Origin: Spirochaetota bacterium
GTDB taxonomy: Bacteria; Spirochaetota; JAGLSM01
Assembly (NCBI GenBank): GCA_030634165.1
Contig: DAOWBH010000002.1
Coordinates: 1 to 45,286 of the forward strand
Direction of reading: 5' to 3'
DNA: 45,286 nt
Under the pieces are notes generated by a model. It ran no database searches and was not told where the DNA came from. It saw only the letters and a list, made by a program, of their open reading frames with translations. This document shows, one piece after another, positions 27,166 through 36,182 of the stretch. A program made the translations under genes and the position numbers. The first letter of the stretch is position 1. The number at the start of each line of letters is the position of its first letter.

Positions 27166-27927
27166 ATGGTTTCTAGAAGGAAGCTTCATTTAAGTATCTT
27201 TATCTTATTACTATTTTTACTCTTACCATCATTTTCTAATGCCCAGGGTTTTGTATTGCCCAGGGTTACCTTTGGAGTTGATCAGGCAAGGGGTCCGAAT
27301 GAGGTCGCCCTGTCTCTTCAGATACTGCTGCTTTTAACGGTTCTATCACTTGCCCCCGCGATAATTATAATGGTAACCAGTTTTATCAGGATCGCGATTG
27401 TTTTTTCATTTACGAGGATGGCTCTTGCTACGCAGCAGATGCCTCCTAATCAGGTATTGATGGGTCTGGCATTGTTTTTAACCCTTTTTATTATGGCTCC
27501 TACCATTGGTAAGATTAATAAAGATGCGGTTCAGCCTTTTTTAAAAAAGAAAATTTCTGCGGCACAGCTCTACGAACGCGGGATAAAACCGATTCGTGCA
27601 TTTATGTTTAGACAGGCCAGGGAGAAGGATATAGCTTTATTTCTTCACCTTGCAAAAGGTAAGAGACCGAAAACAAGGAAAGATATTCCGACCTATGTTT
27701 TAATTCCGGCTTTTATAATTAGCGAACTTACCACAGCGTTTAAAATCGGAATAATCATTTTTGTTCCTTTTATTATTATTGATATGGTAGTTGCTTCAAC
27801 TCTAATGTCAATGGGTATGATAATGCTCCCGCCTGTAATGGTCTCTCTCCCGTTTAAAATCATTCTGTTTTACCTGGTTGACGGCTGGAATTTATTAATC
27901 CAGAAACTTGTGCAGGGATTCGGATAA
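27166..27927 (+). CDS. fliP: Flagellar export apparatus protein FliP
   Basis: A signal-like N-terminus and the conserved LSLAPAIIIMVTSFIRIAIVFSFTRMALATQQMPPNQVL and FVPFIIIDMVVASTLMSMGMIMLPP blocks. Confidence 0.97.
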   Translation: MVSRRKLHLSIFILLLFLLLPSFSNAQGFVLPRVTFGVDQARGPNEVALSLQILLLLTVLSLAPAIIIMVTSFIRIAIVFSFTRMALATQQMPPNQVLMGLALFLTLFIMAPTIGKINKDAVQPFLKKKISAAQLYERGIKPIRAFMFRQAREKDIALFLHLAKGKRPKTRKDIPTYVLIPAFIISELTTAFKIGIIIFVPFIIIDMVVASTLMSMGMIMLPPVMVSLPFKIILFYLVDGWNLLIQKLVQGFG

Positions 27928-27938
27928 ATGGAGGTCTT

Positions 27939-28208
27939 ATGAATATTGCTTTTATTACTAAAATAGCGAGGGAAGCGCTGCTTCATATACTTATGCTTTC
28001 AGCGCCGATGCTTGGTGTAGGAATGATGATTGGGCTTCTTGTGTCAATATTTCAGGCTACAACGAGTATCCAGGAACAAACACTGACGTTTGTGCCCAAG
28101 GTTGTTGCGATTTTTCTTTCAATAATTATTTTTTCAAATTGGATGCTTTCAACCCTGATCGAATTTACTAAACGTATTTTTAATTTAATACCTATGATGA
28201 CCAGGTAG
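27939..28208 (+). CDS. fliQ: Flagellar export apparatus protein FliQ
   Basis: 89 aa with two TM segments and the SIFQATTSIQEQTLTFVPK motif. Confidence 0.95.
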   Translation: MNIAFITKIAREALLHILMLSAPMLGVGMMIGLLVSIFQATTSIQEQTLTFVPKVVAIFLSIIIFSNWMLSTLIEFTKRIFNLIPMMTR

Positions 28209-28212
28209 GCTG

Positions 28213-28989
28213 ATGGTAACTATTGGTTTAATACAGAATTTCCAGGTTTTACTCCTTATTATGGCGAGGATGCTTGCCATGTTTGCGGTAGCTCCATTTT
28301 TTTCATCGTTTATTATACCTTTCCGGGTAAAGGCTCTTCTGGCTTTTTTAATAACAATTGTAATATTTCCAATGGTACTGAAGCTTAATATCAAAGCAGA
28401 GCTTGATACGGTGCCTTTTTTAATGCAGATTGCGGGTGAAGTTCTGATTGGTCTTCTTATAGGATTTATGATTTCAATTTTCTTTGTAGCTTTTCAGTAT
28501 TCAGGTCAGTTATTTTCCATGCAGATGGGGCTTGGTATTTCAATGGTGTTTGATCCTCAGTCACAGATACAGATTCCGATTATGGGACAACTTCTGGCTA
28601 TTTTTGCAATGTTGGTATTTATCGCGGTTAACGCTCATCATCATTTAATAGCCGGAGTCTACAAGAGCTATATAAATGTTCCTGTATTGAATATTGTTAA
28701 TTCAGCAGGAGTTTTTGCAAAAGGTTTTGCCGAGGCTTTTCAAAGAATGTTCGGCGCCGCTATTTCAATAGGACTGCCTGTAATAGGCACCGCTTTTATT
28801 ATTTCAGTTACGCTTGGCCTTCTTGCGAAGGCTGCTCCTCAGATGAATGTTCTTATGCTGGGTTTTCCCATTCAGATAGCGGTGGGAATCTCTGTTGTAT
28901 TTTTTGCCATACCTTTTATTTTGCGTTTTATGAGCAATTGGATTGAGCTTGGTATCAACTATACGTGGAAGCTTCTTGCTTCTCTTTGA
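28213..28989 (+). CDS. fliR: Flagellar export apparatus protein FliR
   Basis: 258-aa polytopic membrane protein (RMLAMFAVAPFF...GQLFSMQMGLG...AAPQMNVLMLGFP). Confidence 0.95.
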   Translation: MVTIGLIQNFQVLLLIMARMLAMFAVAPFFSSFIIPFRVKALLAFLITIVIFPMVLKLNIKAELDTVPFLMQIAGEVLIGLLIGFMISIFFVAFQYSGQLFSMQMGLGISMVFDPQSQIQIPIMGQLLAIFAMLVFIAVNAHHHLIAGVYKSYINVPVLNIVNSAGVFAKGFAEAFQRMFGAAISIGLPVIGTAFIISVTLGLLAKAAPQMNVLMLGFPIQIAVGISVVFFAIPFILRFMSNWIELGINYTWKLLASL

Positions 28990-29011
28990 TTAAAGTTTAT
29001 TAGGATAAAAC

Positions 29012-30223
29012 TTGAAAGAATTTTACGGTTTGCTTTTTTTGAAATTTAAAAATTTCTTTGCTTTTATTTTAAGGAGTAATGCGTCCTGTAATCTTAAAGT
29101 ATATACAGCTGATGATTCCTTTTATCTTGATCTTCAGTTTTTTGCCGCTGAGGATGAGGGGAAGACTGAAGAACCGACAGAGACAAAAAAGAGAAAGGCA
29201 AGAGAGGACGGCAAAGTTCCTAAAAGCGCTGAGATTCCATCCGCGCTTGTTATGCTGTTTACATTCTGGGCTATCTCATTGCTGGGGCACCATATTCTTG
29301 GAGGAGTTAAGGACCTGTTTGGATTTTGTTTGAATAATATGAATGAAATTGAGATCTCTCAGGGAAACATTAACGCATATGTAATCAAGGCTATAGCGGC
29401 ATTATTTTACATTATCGGCCCTCTTATAGGAGTTGCTTTTATTGTGGCTCTTTTATCAAATGTTGTTCAGGTTGGTTTTTTATTTACTTTAAAGCCGATA
29501 AAACCTGATTTTACCAGAATTTCATTTACGGTAAAGAAACTTATGGAGAAAGTGTTTTTTTCTAAACAGTCGATGATGAATTTTGTTAAGTCATCTTTAA
29601 AACTTATTCTTATCTCCGGTATTGCTTTTATAATAATCAGGGGCGATTTTACAAAACTTTTAAATATGATGAATCTTGGGGTTGCCCAGGGTATGAATCA
29701 GGTTACAACTACGGCTTTTAAGATAATTAACGGAATTTGCCTTGCTTTGATAGTTATTTCAATTCCGGATTATATTTTCCAGAGAAGACAGCATCTTGAA
29801 TCATTAAAAATGACTGTTCCGGAATTAAAAGAGGAACGCAAACAGGAAGAAGGCGATCCTCATGTAAAACAGAGGATAATGCAGAAGAGCAGGGAACTTG
29901 CACAGAGAAATCTGCCGGCAATGGTAAAATCAGCTGATGTTGTAATTACAAACCCGACGCATATAGCAATAGCGTTAAAATATGATACAGATCAGCATAT
30001 GGCGCCGGTTGTTGTTGCTAAAGGCGCAGACCATCTTGCGCATGTAATCAGGCAGATAGCAGCTGATTCCAGAGTTCAGACTATTGAAAACAAGCCTATG
30101 GCATGGGCATTGTACAATGATGCTGAAGTGGGCGACTCAATACCGGAGGCATTGTTTGAAGCAGTTGCAATGATATTCAGCAAGCTGGATAAGTTCAATC
30201 ACCAGCCGAAGGTGCTTGTTTAG
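29012..30223 (+). CDS. flhB: Flagellar export switch protein FlhB; start codon uncertain
   Basis: LDLQFFAAEDEGKTEEPTETKKRKAREDGKVPKS, the NPTH autocleavage site (VVITNPTHIAIAL) and four TM segments. There is no in-frame ATG upstream of the LDLQFFA motif. In-frame TTGs occur at 29012, 29030 and 29039. Confidence 0.9.
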   Translation: MKEFYGLLFLKFKNFFAFILRSNASCNLKVYTADDSFYLDLQFFAAEDEGKTEEPTETKKRKAREDGKVPKSAEIPSALVMLFTFWAISLLGHHILGGVKDLFGFCLNNMNEIEISQGNINAYVIKAIAALFYIIGPLIGVAFIVALLSNVVQVGFLFTLKPIKPDFTRISFTVKKLMEKVFFSKQSMMNFVKSSLKLILISGIAFIIIRGDFTKLLNMMNLGVAQGMNQVTTTAFKIINGICLALIVISIPDYIFQRRQHLESLKMTVPELKEERKQEEGDPHVKQRIMQKSRELAQRNLPAMVKSADVVITNPTHIAIALKYDTDQHMAPVVVAKGADHLAHVIRQIAADSRVQTIENKPMAWALYNDAEVGDSIPEALFEAVAMIFSKLDKFNHQPKVLV

Positions 30224-30276
30224 ATTCACAAAAGTTTTAAAAATTTATTTTTTGTTCCAGAATGAAAGGGTGATAA

Positions 30277-32352
30277 ATGGCAGAAAAAAAATCATTGCTT
30301 GCAAAACGGACTGATGTTCTTCTGGCAGTTGCTGTTGTAGCTGTAATTTTTATGTTGATTATTCCGATTCCGGCATTGATGCTGGACGGTCTTATTGCTG
30401 TTAACCTTATGTTTTCTCTGGTTGTAATTCTGACAGTTATGTATATGAAAAATGCTGCTGAATTTTCTGTTTTTCCATCTCTTTTATTGATGACAACTGT
30501 TTTCCGGCTGGCAATCAATGTCTCATCAACAAGGATGATATTGACTGAAGGAACATCTTTTGATTCAAAAATCATCAAGGCATTCGGCGACTTTGTGGTT
30601 GGTGGTAACTATGTAGTAGGTATAATCATATTCCTTATTCTTGTTGCGGTTCAGTTTATAGTTATTACCAAGGGATCAACACGTATTTCTGAAGTCGCGG
30701 CAAGATTCAGACTGGATGCTATGCCGAATAAATACATGGCTGTAGATGGTGAGCTTGCAAGCGGTATGATTAATGAACATGAAGCAATGGACAGGCGGTC
30801 GAAGATACAGGCAGAGACTGATTTTTACGGATCAATGGATGGTGCGTCAAAATTTGTCAAGGGAGATGTTACTGTCGGTCTTCTTATAACTTTTATCAAT
30901 ATAATTGGCGGAATTATAGTAGGGACTGTAATGAGAGGCGAATCAATGTCTGTAGCCGCTAAAACCTACATTTTGTTTACAGTTGGTGACGGTCTTGTAT
31001 CACAAATTCCTGCACTTTTACTTTCAACCGCTACGGGTATTATTGTTACAAGGGCTGTTTCTGATGGTGGTCTCGGAGAAGACATATTGGGCCAGCTCAC
31101 ATCTCAACCCAGAGTGATGTTTATTGCCGCCGGCTTTCTTGCGTTTCTCGGGTTTCTTCCCGGTTTTCCTACAATTCCGCTGTTATTAATTGCGGGGGCG
31201 GTGGTTTTTTTGGGAGTCAGACTTACGGCTTCTCATTCCAGGGATGAGAAGACTGCTGAAGAAATAAAACATGCTGAAGAGGGAGAGCCTGATGTTCTTT
31301 CTCCTTTACAGCCTGAACTTCTTGAGCTTGAGATAGGTTTTGCTCTTGTTCCTCTTGTTGATGAATCACAGGGAGGTGACCTGCTTGAGAGGGTTAAGAA
31401 CCTGCGAAGGCGCAGCGCTAATGAGATGGGTATAGTTGTTCCTCCGGTAAGGATAAGGGATAATCCAAGGTTATCATCAAATCAATACTCAATTAAGATC
31501 AGAGGAGTTGAAGTTGGCGGTGGAGAACTCCAGGTTGACCAGTTTATGGTTATTAATCCAAAAGGGGTGCCGGATGGTGTTCCCGGTATTGATACAAAAG
31601 ATCCGACCTTTGGTCAGGATGCAAGATGGATATCAAGACCTGAACGGAGTAAGGCCGAAGATCTCGGCTACACAGTTGTAGATTCACCCAGTGTCCTTGC
31701 AACACATCTTGGAGAACTCTTAAAGAATTATTCTCCTGATTTATTAACTATGCAGCAGGTGCAGAAGTTTATAGATTCAATAGAGTCACGGGCTCCGGCT
31801 GTAGTCAGAGAGATAAGGGAAAAAGGTTCAAAACTAAGTGATATTCAAAAGGTCTTGCAGAATTTGTTAAGAGAGCGCGTTTCAATATCTAATATGGAAC
31901 GAATACTTGAACTCATAGCGGAGAACTTTGAACAGGGAATGAAGCATGAGGTCCTGACAGAACATGTAAGACAGGGATTGTCAATGCAGATTTCCGCGAG
32001 TCACGCGGAAGGTAAGATTCTGAAAGTTGTTGAACTTGATGCGGAACTTGAGGAAATATTATCAGATTCAGTGGATATAGATCCTGAAGGTAATATGACT
32101 GCATCTATTGATCCTGAGACACTTAACCTGTTTATTGAATCTGCAACCAGAGCAATCACAGAAGTTAATGATTCGGAATATAAAAATGTGGTGCTTTGTA
32201 CTGCTCCAAACAGAATTTTTGTTCACCAAATTTTTGAAAAGTCGCTTCCTTCTGTAAACGTTATTTCATACAATGAGTTGTCTAGAAATATACAGCTTCA
32301 AATTTTAGGTCAAATAAGTCTGGAAGAAGAACCGATAACAGTTAATACATAA
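30277..32352 (+). CDS. flhA: Flagellar export gate protein FlhA
   Basis: 691 aa with FSVFPSLLLMTTVFRLAINVSSTRMIL, RISEVAARFRLDAMPNKYMAVD and DGASKFVKGD, plus a C-terminal cytoplasmic domain. Confidence 0.97.
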   Translation: MAEKKSLLAKRTDVLLAVAVVAVIFMLIIPIPALMLDGLIAVNLMFSLVVILTVMYMKNAAEFSVFPSLLLMTTVFRLAINVSSTRMILTEGTSFDSKIIKAFGDFVVGGNYVVGIIIFLILVAVQFIVITKGSTRISEVAARFRLDAMPNKYMAVDGELASGMINEHEAMDRRSKIQAETDFYGSMDGASKFVKGDVTVGLLITFINIIGGIIVGTVMRGESMSVAAKTYILFTVGDGLVSQIPALLLSTATGIIVTRAVSDGGLGEDILGQLTSQPRVMFIAAGFLAFLGFLPGFPTIPLLLIAGAVVFLGVRLTASHSRDEKTAEEIKHAEEGEPDVLSPLQPELLELEIGFALVPLVDESQGGDLLERVKNLRRRSANEMGIVVPPVRIRDNPRLSSNQYSIKIRGVEVGGGELQVDQFMVINPKGVPDGVPGIDTKDPTFGQDARWISRPERSKAEDLGYTVVDSPSVLATHLGELLKNYSPDLLTMQQVQKFIDSIESRAPAVVREIREKGSKLSDIQKVLQNLLRERVSISNMERILELIAENFEQGMKHEVLTEHVRQGLSMQISASHAEGKILKVVELDAELEEILSDSVDIDPEGNMTASIDPETLNLFIESATRAITEVNDSEYKNVVLCTAPNRIFVHQIFEKSLPSVNVISYNELSRNIQLQILGQISLEEEPITVNT

Positions 32353-32368
32353 GTTGAAAGGAAGTTAA

Positions 32369-33655
32369 ATGAATTATAAAACTTTTACCGGAGAAACCCT
32401 GTCGGAGGCTCTTAACAAAGCCCGTCTTGAATTCGGGAACAGAGTACAACTTGTAGATCAAAAAAAGAAAATAAATAAAAAAGGTCCGTTCGGGATTTTT
32501 GGAAGGACTGAATTTATTGAAATAATTGTCAATGCCGACAGTAGTGTTTACAATCCGGGGTATATAGATAATTTTGATCAGGATGGTTCAAGAAGGGTCG
32601 CGCTTGAGCGTCTTACAGAATTGATGAAAAAAAAAGATATATTGAACAGGAACAGCTCTTATAAGACTGGTGCTGTGGAAGAAAAACCTGCTGAAAATTC
32701 GGGATCTTTAGACAAAGAAGTTTACAATGAAATTATAGAATTAAAAGGAGCTTTAGAAAAAATTGTAACGGCGTCACAGCATAGAACTCCCATAAATGTG
32801 AAAGACGGGATATCTCAAAAAAGTTTTGAAGATGTCAGAAATTTTTTACAGAAGAATGATTTTGAAAAATATTTTATTGAAAGGACAATAGAAGAACTCA
32901 GCAGCACTCTAACGGTTAAGCAGGTTTCTGACAAAGATCTTCTGCGAAATAAACTCGATAAGATACTTGCAAATCAGATTAGAGTTTCCGGACCAATAAA
33001 ACATGAATCAACTGGTCCTAAAATGATTGTCCTTGTTGGTCCTACCGGTGTCGGTAAAACAACAACAATAGCAAAAATCGGCGCAGCTATGACATATACA
33101 GAAAATAAAAGGGTTGAATTTTTAACAATTGACAATTATCGTATTGGAGCAAGGGAACAAATTGAAAAATATTCTCAGATAATGGGTGCTTCTTTTAACA
33201 TAATAACTTCAAAGGAGCAGTTGGAGGAAATAGCAGGTAATTCAAATTCTGATTATTTACTTCTGGATACAGCGGGAAGAAATCAGAAAAAGGATATGGA
33301 TATAAATGAGATTAAGAACTTTCTTAGTGTTGTAAAGATTCCAATGGAAGTACACCTTGTAGTTAGTGCTACAACAAAGTATATTGATCTTATAGAAATA
33401 ATGGAAAAATTTGAAGCCATGAACTATGAAAAGGTTATAGTAACAAAAGTTGATGAGACTAATACCTATGGTTCGGTTTTAAGTGCTATATCTGAAAAAA
33501 AGAAGCTTCTTTCATACATCTGTATGGGTCAGGCAGTGCCTGATGATATTAAAATTGCGGAGAAGCAGGATCTTGTAACACGGATAATGATCAAGTTTCC
33601 AACGTCAACAGATTTTACAGGAAATAAAAACCCTGAAGAAATTCTGACGTATTGA
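32369..33655 (+). CDS. flhF: Flagellar SRP-type GTPase FlhF
   Basis: G1 LVGPTGVGKTTTIAK, DTAGR and TKVDET motifs. Sits after flhA. Confidence 0.93.
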   Translation: MNYKTFTGETLSEALNKARLEFGNRVQLVDQKKKINKKGPFGIFGRTEFIEIIVNADSSVYNPGYIDNFDQDGSRRVALERLTELMKKKDILNRNSSYKTGAVEEKPAENSGSLDKEVYNEIIELKGALEKIVTASQHRTPINVKDGISQKSFEDVRNFLQKNDFEKYFIERTIEELSSTLTVKQVSDKDLLRNKLDKILANQIRVSGPIKHESTGPKMIVLVGPTGVGKTTTIAKIGAAMTYTENKRVEFLTIDNYRIGAREQIEKYSQIMGASFNIITSKEQLEEIAGNSNSDYLLLDTAGRNQKKDMDINEIKNFLSVVKIPMEVHLVVSATTKYIDLIEIMEKFEAMNYEKVIVTKVDETNTYGSVLSAISEKKKLLSYICMGQAVPDDIKIAEKQDLVTRIMIKFPTSTDFTGNKNPEEILTY

Positions 33656-33750
33656 ATGTAATTGCTGTCATGAAATAACCAGACGGTTTTGGGAAATTCA
33701 AGGTTGTTTAGGAGAATAGTTGTTCCTAAATATAAGATAAGGGGGAAGAC

Positions 33751-34644
33751 ATGGATCAAGCATCCAATCTTCGTCAACTTGCTGTTCAAAAAAAGAAGAA
33801 AATTACTCTTGTTTCTACTTCTGTGAAAAAGGAGAGAACTACAAGAATTATAGCGATCGCCAGCGGTAAGGGCGGTGTAGGAAAAACCAATCTTGCTATT
33901 AATATGGGCATTCTTTTTGCCAAAGAAGGTAAAAAAGTGATTGTAATGGATGCTGATCTTGGGCTGGCTAATGTGAATATTATTCTGGGGATTATTCCAA
34001 AATATAATTTGTATCATGTTCTAAAGGGTCAGAAAAAGCTTTCAGAAATTATGATAGATACTCCGCAGGGAATCAAAATAATTGCCGGAGCCTCCGGATT
34101 CGCGAAACTGGCTGATATGGAGGATGCTCAGAGAAATGTCTTTATTGAAAACCTGGCAGATCTTTCTGAGGCAGATATTGTTATAATTGATACAGGGGCA
34201 GGTGTTTCAAGAAATGTTCTTTCATTTGTAATGGCGGCTGATGAGGCAATTATTGTAACAACACCCGAGCCGACATCTATTACAGATGCGTACGGAATTA
34301 TTAAATCAATGTCAGCCGAATCAAGTCAGGTGGATATTAAGCTTGTTGTTAACAGGGTGCGTGACATTGGGGAAGCCAGACAGGTTTCCGACCGTGTAAT
34401 TAATATTGCCGGTCAGTTCTTAAATATGAAAGTTGAAAATCTAGGGTTTGTTTATGAAGATGAGATTGTATCAAAATCGGTAATAAAACAAAAACCTTTT
34501 GTTATGGTATCTTCACGGAATAGAGCTTCAATATGTGTTGATCATCTTGTTAAAAGGCTTTTAAATATCCAAATAGAAGAAAAAACAGGCGGCATGAAAA
34601 AATTCATGAAAAGCTTTTTTTCTTTTTATAAAAATGAAGAGTAG
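33751..34644 (+). CDS. flhG: MinD/ParA-type ATPase FlhG (YlxH)
   Basis: Deviant Walker A ASGKGGVGKTN and an N-terminal DQASNLR (DQAxxLR) FlhF-activating motif. Sits after flhF. Confidence 0.9.
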   Translation: MDQASNLRQLAVQKKKKITLVSTSVKKERTTRIIAIASGKGGVGKTNLAINMGILFAKEGKKVIVMDADLGLANVNIILGIIPKYNLYHVLKGQKKLSEIMIDTPQGIKIIAGASGFAKLADMEDAQRNVFIENLADLSEADIVIIDTGAGVSRNVLSFVMAADEAIIVTTPEPTSITDAYGIIKSMSAESSQVDIKLVVNRVRDIGEARQVSDRVINIAGQFLNMKVENLGFVYEDEIVSKSVIKQKPFVMVSSRNRASICVDHLVKRLLNIQIEEKTGGMKKFMKSFFSFYKNEE

Positions 34645-34650
34645 GGTTCT

Positions 34651-35187
34651 ATGGGCGATTTCCTGTCTCGTGAAAGTTTAATTATAGGTGGAACTGCTGC
34701 AGGTATAACCTTTATTCTTACTTTTTTTGCGGGGCTTTTTGGAGGAGTTGCTTTATTAACACTTTTATTCAGATCTATTTTGTTTACAACAATGCTTGGA
34801 ATTCTTGGAATCGTAATTGCCAAAATTCTAGAAAAAGTTTTACCGGATATATGGGATATGGAGAGTTCTGATAATGCAAATTCTTCAAAAAAGGAAACTC
34901 TGGAATCTTCAGCCGGTATAGGAGTTGATTATACTGTAAGTGATACACCTTTTAAAGATACTAAAACTGAATTTAGTCATGAAGGAAAGACTGATCATGG
35001 GAGCATTAGTCATGTTTCATTAGAAGAAGCAGAGGCTCATGGACGTACTGCTAAGATTGTTGAGAATAAATCAAAAACAAAACCCAAGGTTGAAGGGAAA
35101 TATTTAATAGTAGACGATAAGAAATTTCCAAATGAGCCTGACGATTATGCTAAAGCAATAAGAACAATGATGAAAAGAGACGAATAA
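34651..35187 (+). CDS. Hypothetical membrane protein between flhG and fliA
   Basis: 178 aa. The N-terminal approx. 60 aa form two hydrophobic helices (IIGGTAAGITFILTFFAGLFGGVALLTLLF / ILFTTMLGILGIVIAKIL). The rest is polar, ending in the C-terminal block GKYLIVDDKKFPNEPDDYAKAIRTMM. I recognise no family. Confidence 0.6.
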   Translation: MGDFLSRESLIIGGTAAGITFILTFFAGLFGGVALLTLLFRSILFTTMLGILGIVIAKILEKVLPDIWDMESSDNANSSKKETLESSAGIGVDYTVSDTPFKDTKTEFSHEGKTDHGSISHVSLEEAEAHGRTAKIVENKSKTKPKVEGKYLIVDDKKFPNEPDDYAKAIRTMMKRDE

Positions 35188-35287
35188 ATTTTTTAAAGTA
35201 TAATAGTTGATTTTTACTTGATTTTTTAACATTTTTATAAGAAACTGATGTAAATATGCCTTTTTCTGTGAGCTGTGGAGGAAGTTT

Positions 35288-36094
35288 GTGCAGAACAAAT
35301 ACAAGATAAAAGAAGGTTTTAAGGAAGTTGAAGAGGAAGAGCTGTGGCTTGATTACCTTAAAACCAAAAATAAGCTAATTAGAGAGTTCATTGCCGAAAA
35401 ATATGCTCCGCTAGTCAAATATGTAGCCGGAAAAGTGGCAATAGGTCTTCCGAATAATATAGAGTTTGAAGATCTTATTGGTTATGGTGTTTTTGGACTC
35501 CTGGATGCTATTGAAAAATACGATCCGCGTCGTGGAATTAAATTTAAAACTTACGCGGTTACCCGTATTCGCGGTGCAATATATGATGAGCTAAGATCGA
35601 TAGACTGGGTGCCTAGAAGTATTAGACAGAAAGCCAAGGATCTTGAAAGACTCATAGGCTCTATGGAGAATAAGCTTGGACGTACAGTTAAGGATGATGA
35701 AATTGCGGAAGAAATGGGTATCTCAATAAATGATTTTCATAATCTTGTAATGAAAATCAGCGGATCATCTGTATTGTCATTGAGTGATGTCTGGTACTTG
35801 GGCGATGATAATGACAAAATTTCAGTAGCGGACACAATAGAGAGTCCTTCAAGCCTCAATCCGGATATAATTGTTGAAAGAGAAGAAATAAAAAAGATTA
35901 TTTATGAAGTAATAATCAATCTGCCCGAAAAGGAAAAAAAGGTACTTATTCTGTATTATTATGAGGATCTAACCTTGAAAGAAATTGGAAAGATTCTAGA
36001 TGTTACAGAATCAAGAGTATCTCAGCTTCACACCAAGGCAATTCTCAGATTGCGTGCCAAATTGGATAAAGTCAGAACCAGTTTGGTAACCTAA
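35288..36094 (+). CDS. fliA: Flagellar RNA polymerase sigma factor FliA/WhiG (sigma-28)
   Basis: Region 2 ([11 protein letters not shown]..., [42 protein letters not shown]) and region 4 ([29 protein letters not shown]). GTG start 5 nt after GGAGGA. Confidence 0.92.
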   Translation: MQNKYKIKEGFKEVEEEELWLDYLKTKNKLIREFIAEKYAPLVKYVAGKVAIGLPNNIEFEDLIGYGVFGLLDAIEKYDPRRGIKFKTYAVTRIRGAIYDELRSIDWVPRSIRQKAKDLERLIGSMENKLGRTVKDDEIAEEMGISINDFHNLVMKISGSSVLSLSDVWYLGDDNDKISVADTIESPSSLNPDIIVEREEIKKIIYEVIINLPEKEKKVLILYYYEDLTLKEIGKILDVTESRVSQLHTKAILRLRAKLDKVRTSLVT

Positions 36095-36182
36095 ACATCT
36101 CGTCTTTTATTTTTAATTGAAATACCGATAAATTTAATGTGTTTTAAAAGCGTATTAATTCTTACATGGTGGTGGTATCATA

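Noticed and set aside
29079-29333. Programmed -1 frameshift at the heptamer T TTT TTG (29138-29144) joining the ATG-29079 ORF to flhB
   Set aside because: The geometry would work, but the conserved FlhB motif LDLQFF is encoded in the flhB frame upstream of the heptamer, so a shift there would lose it. In addition, AAGGAG is only 2 nt from the ATG, which is poor spacing. A TTG start or a sequencing indel is more likely.
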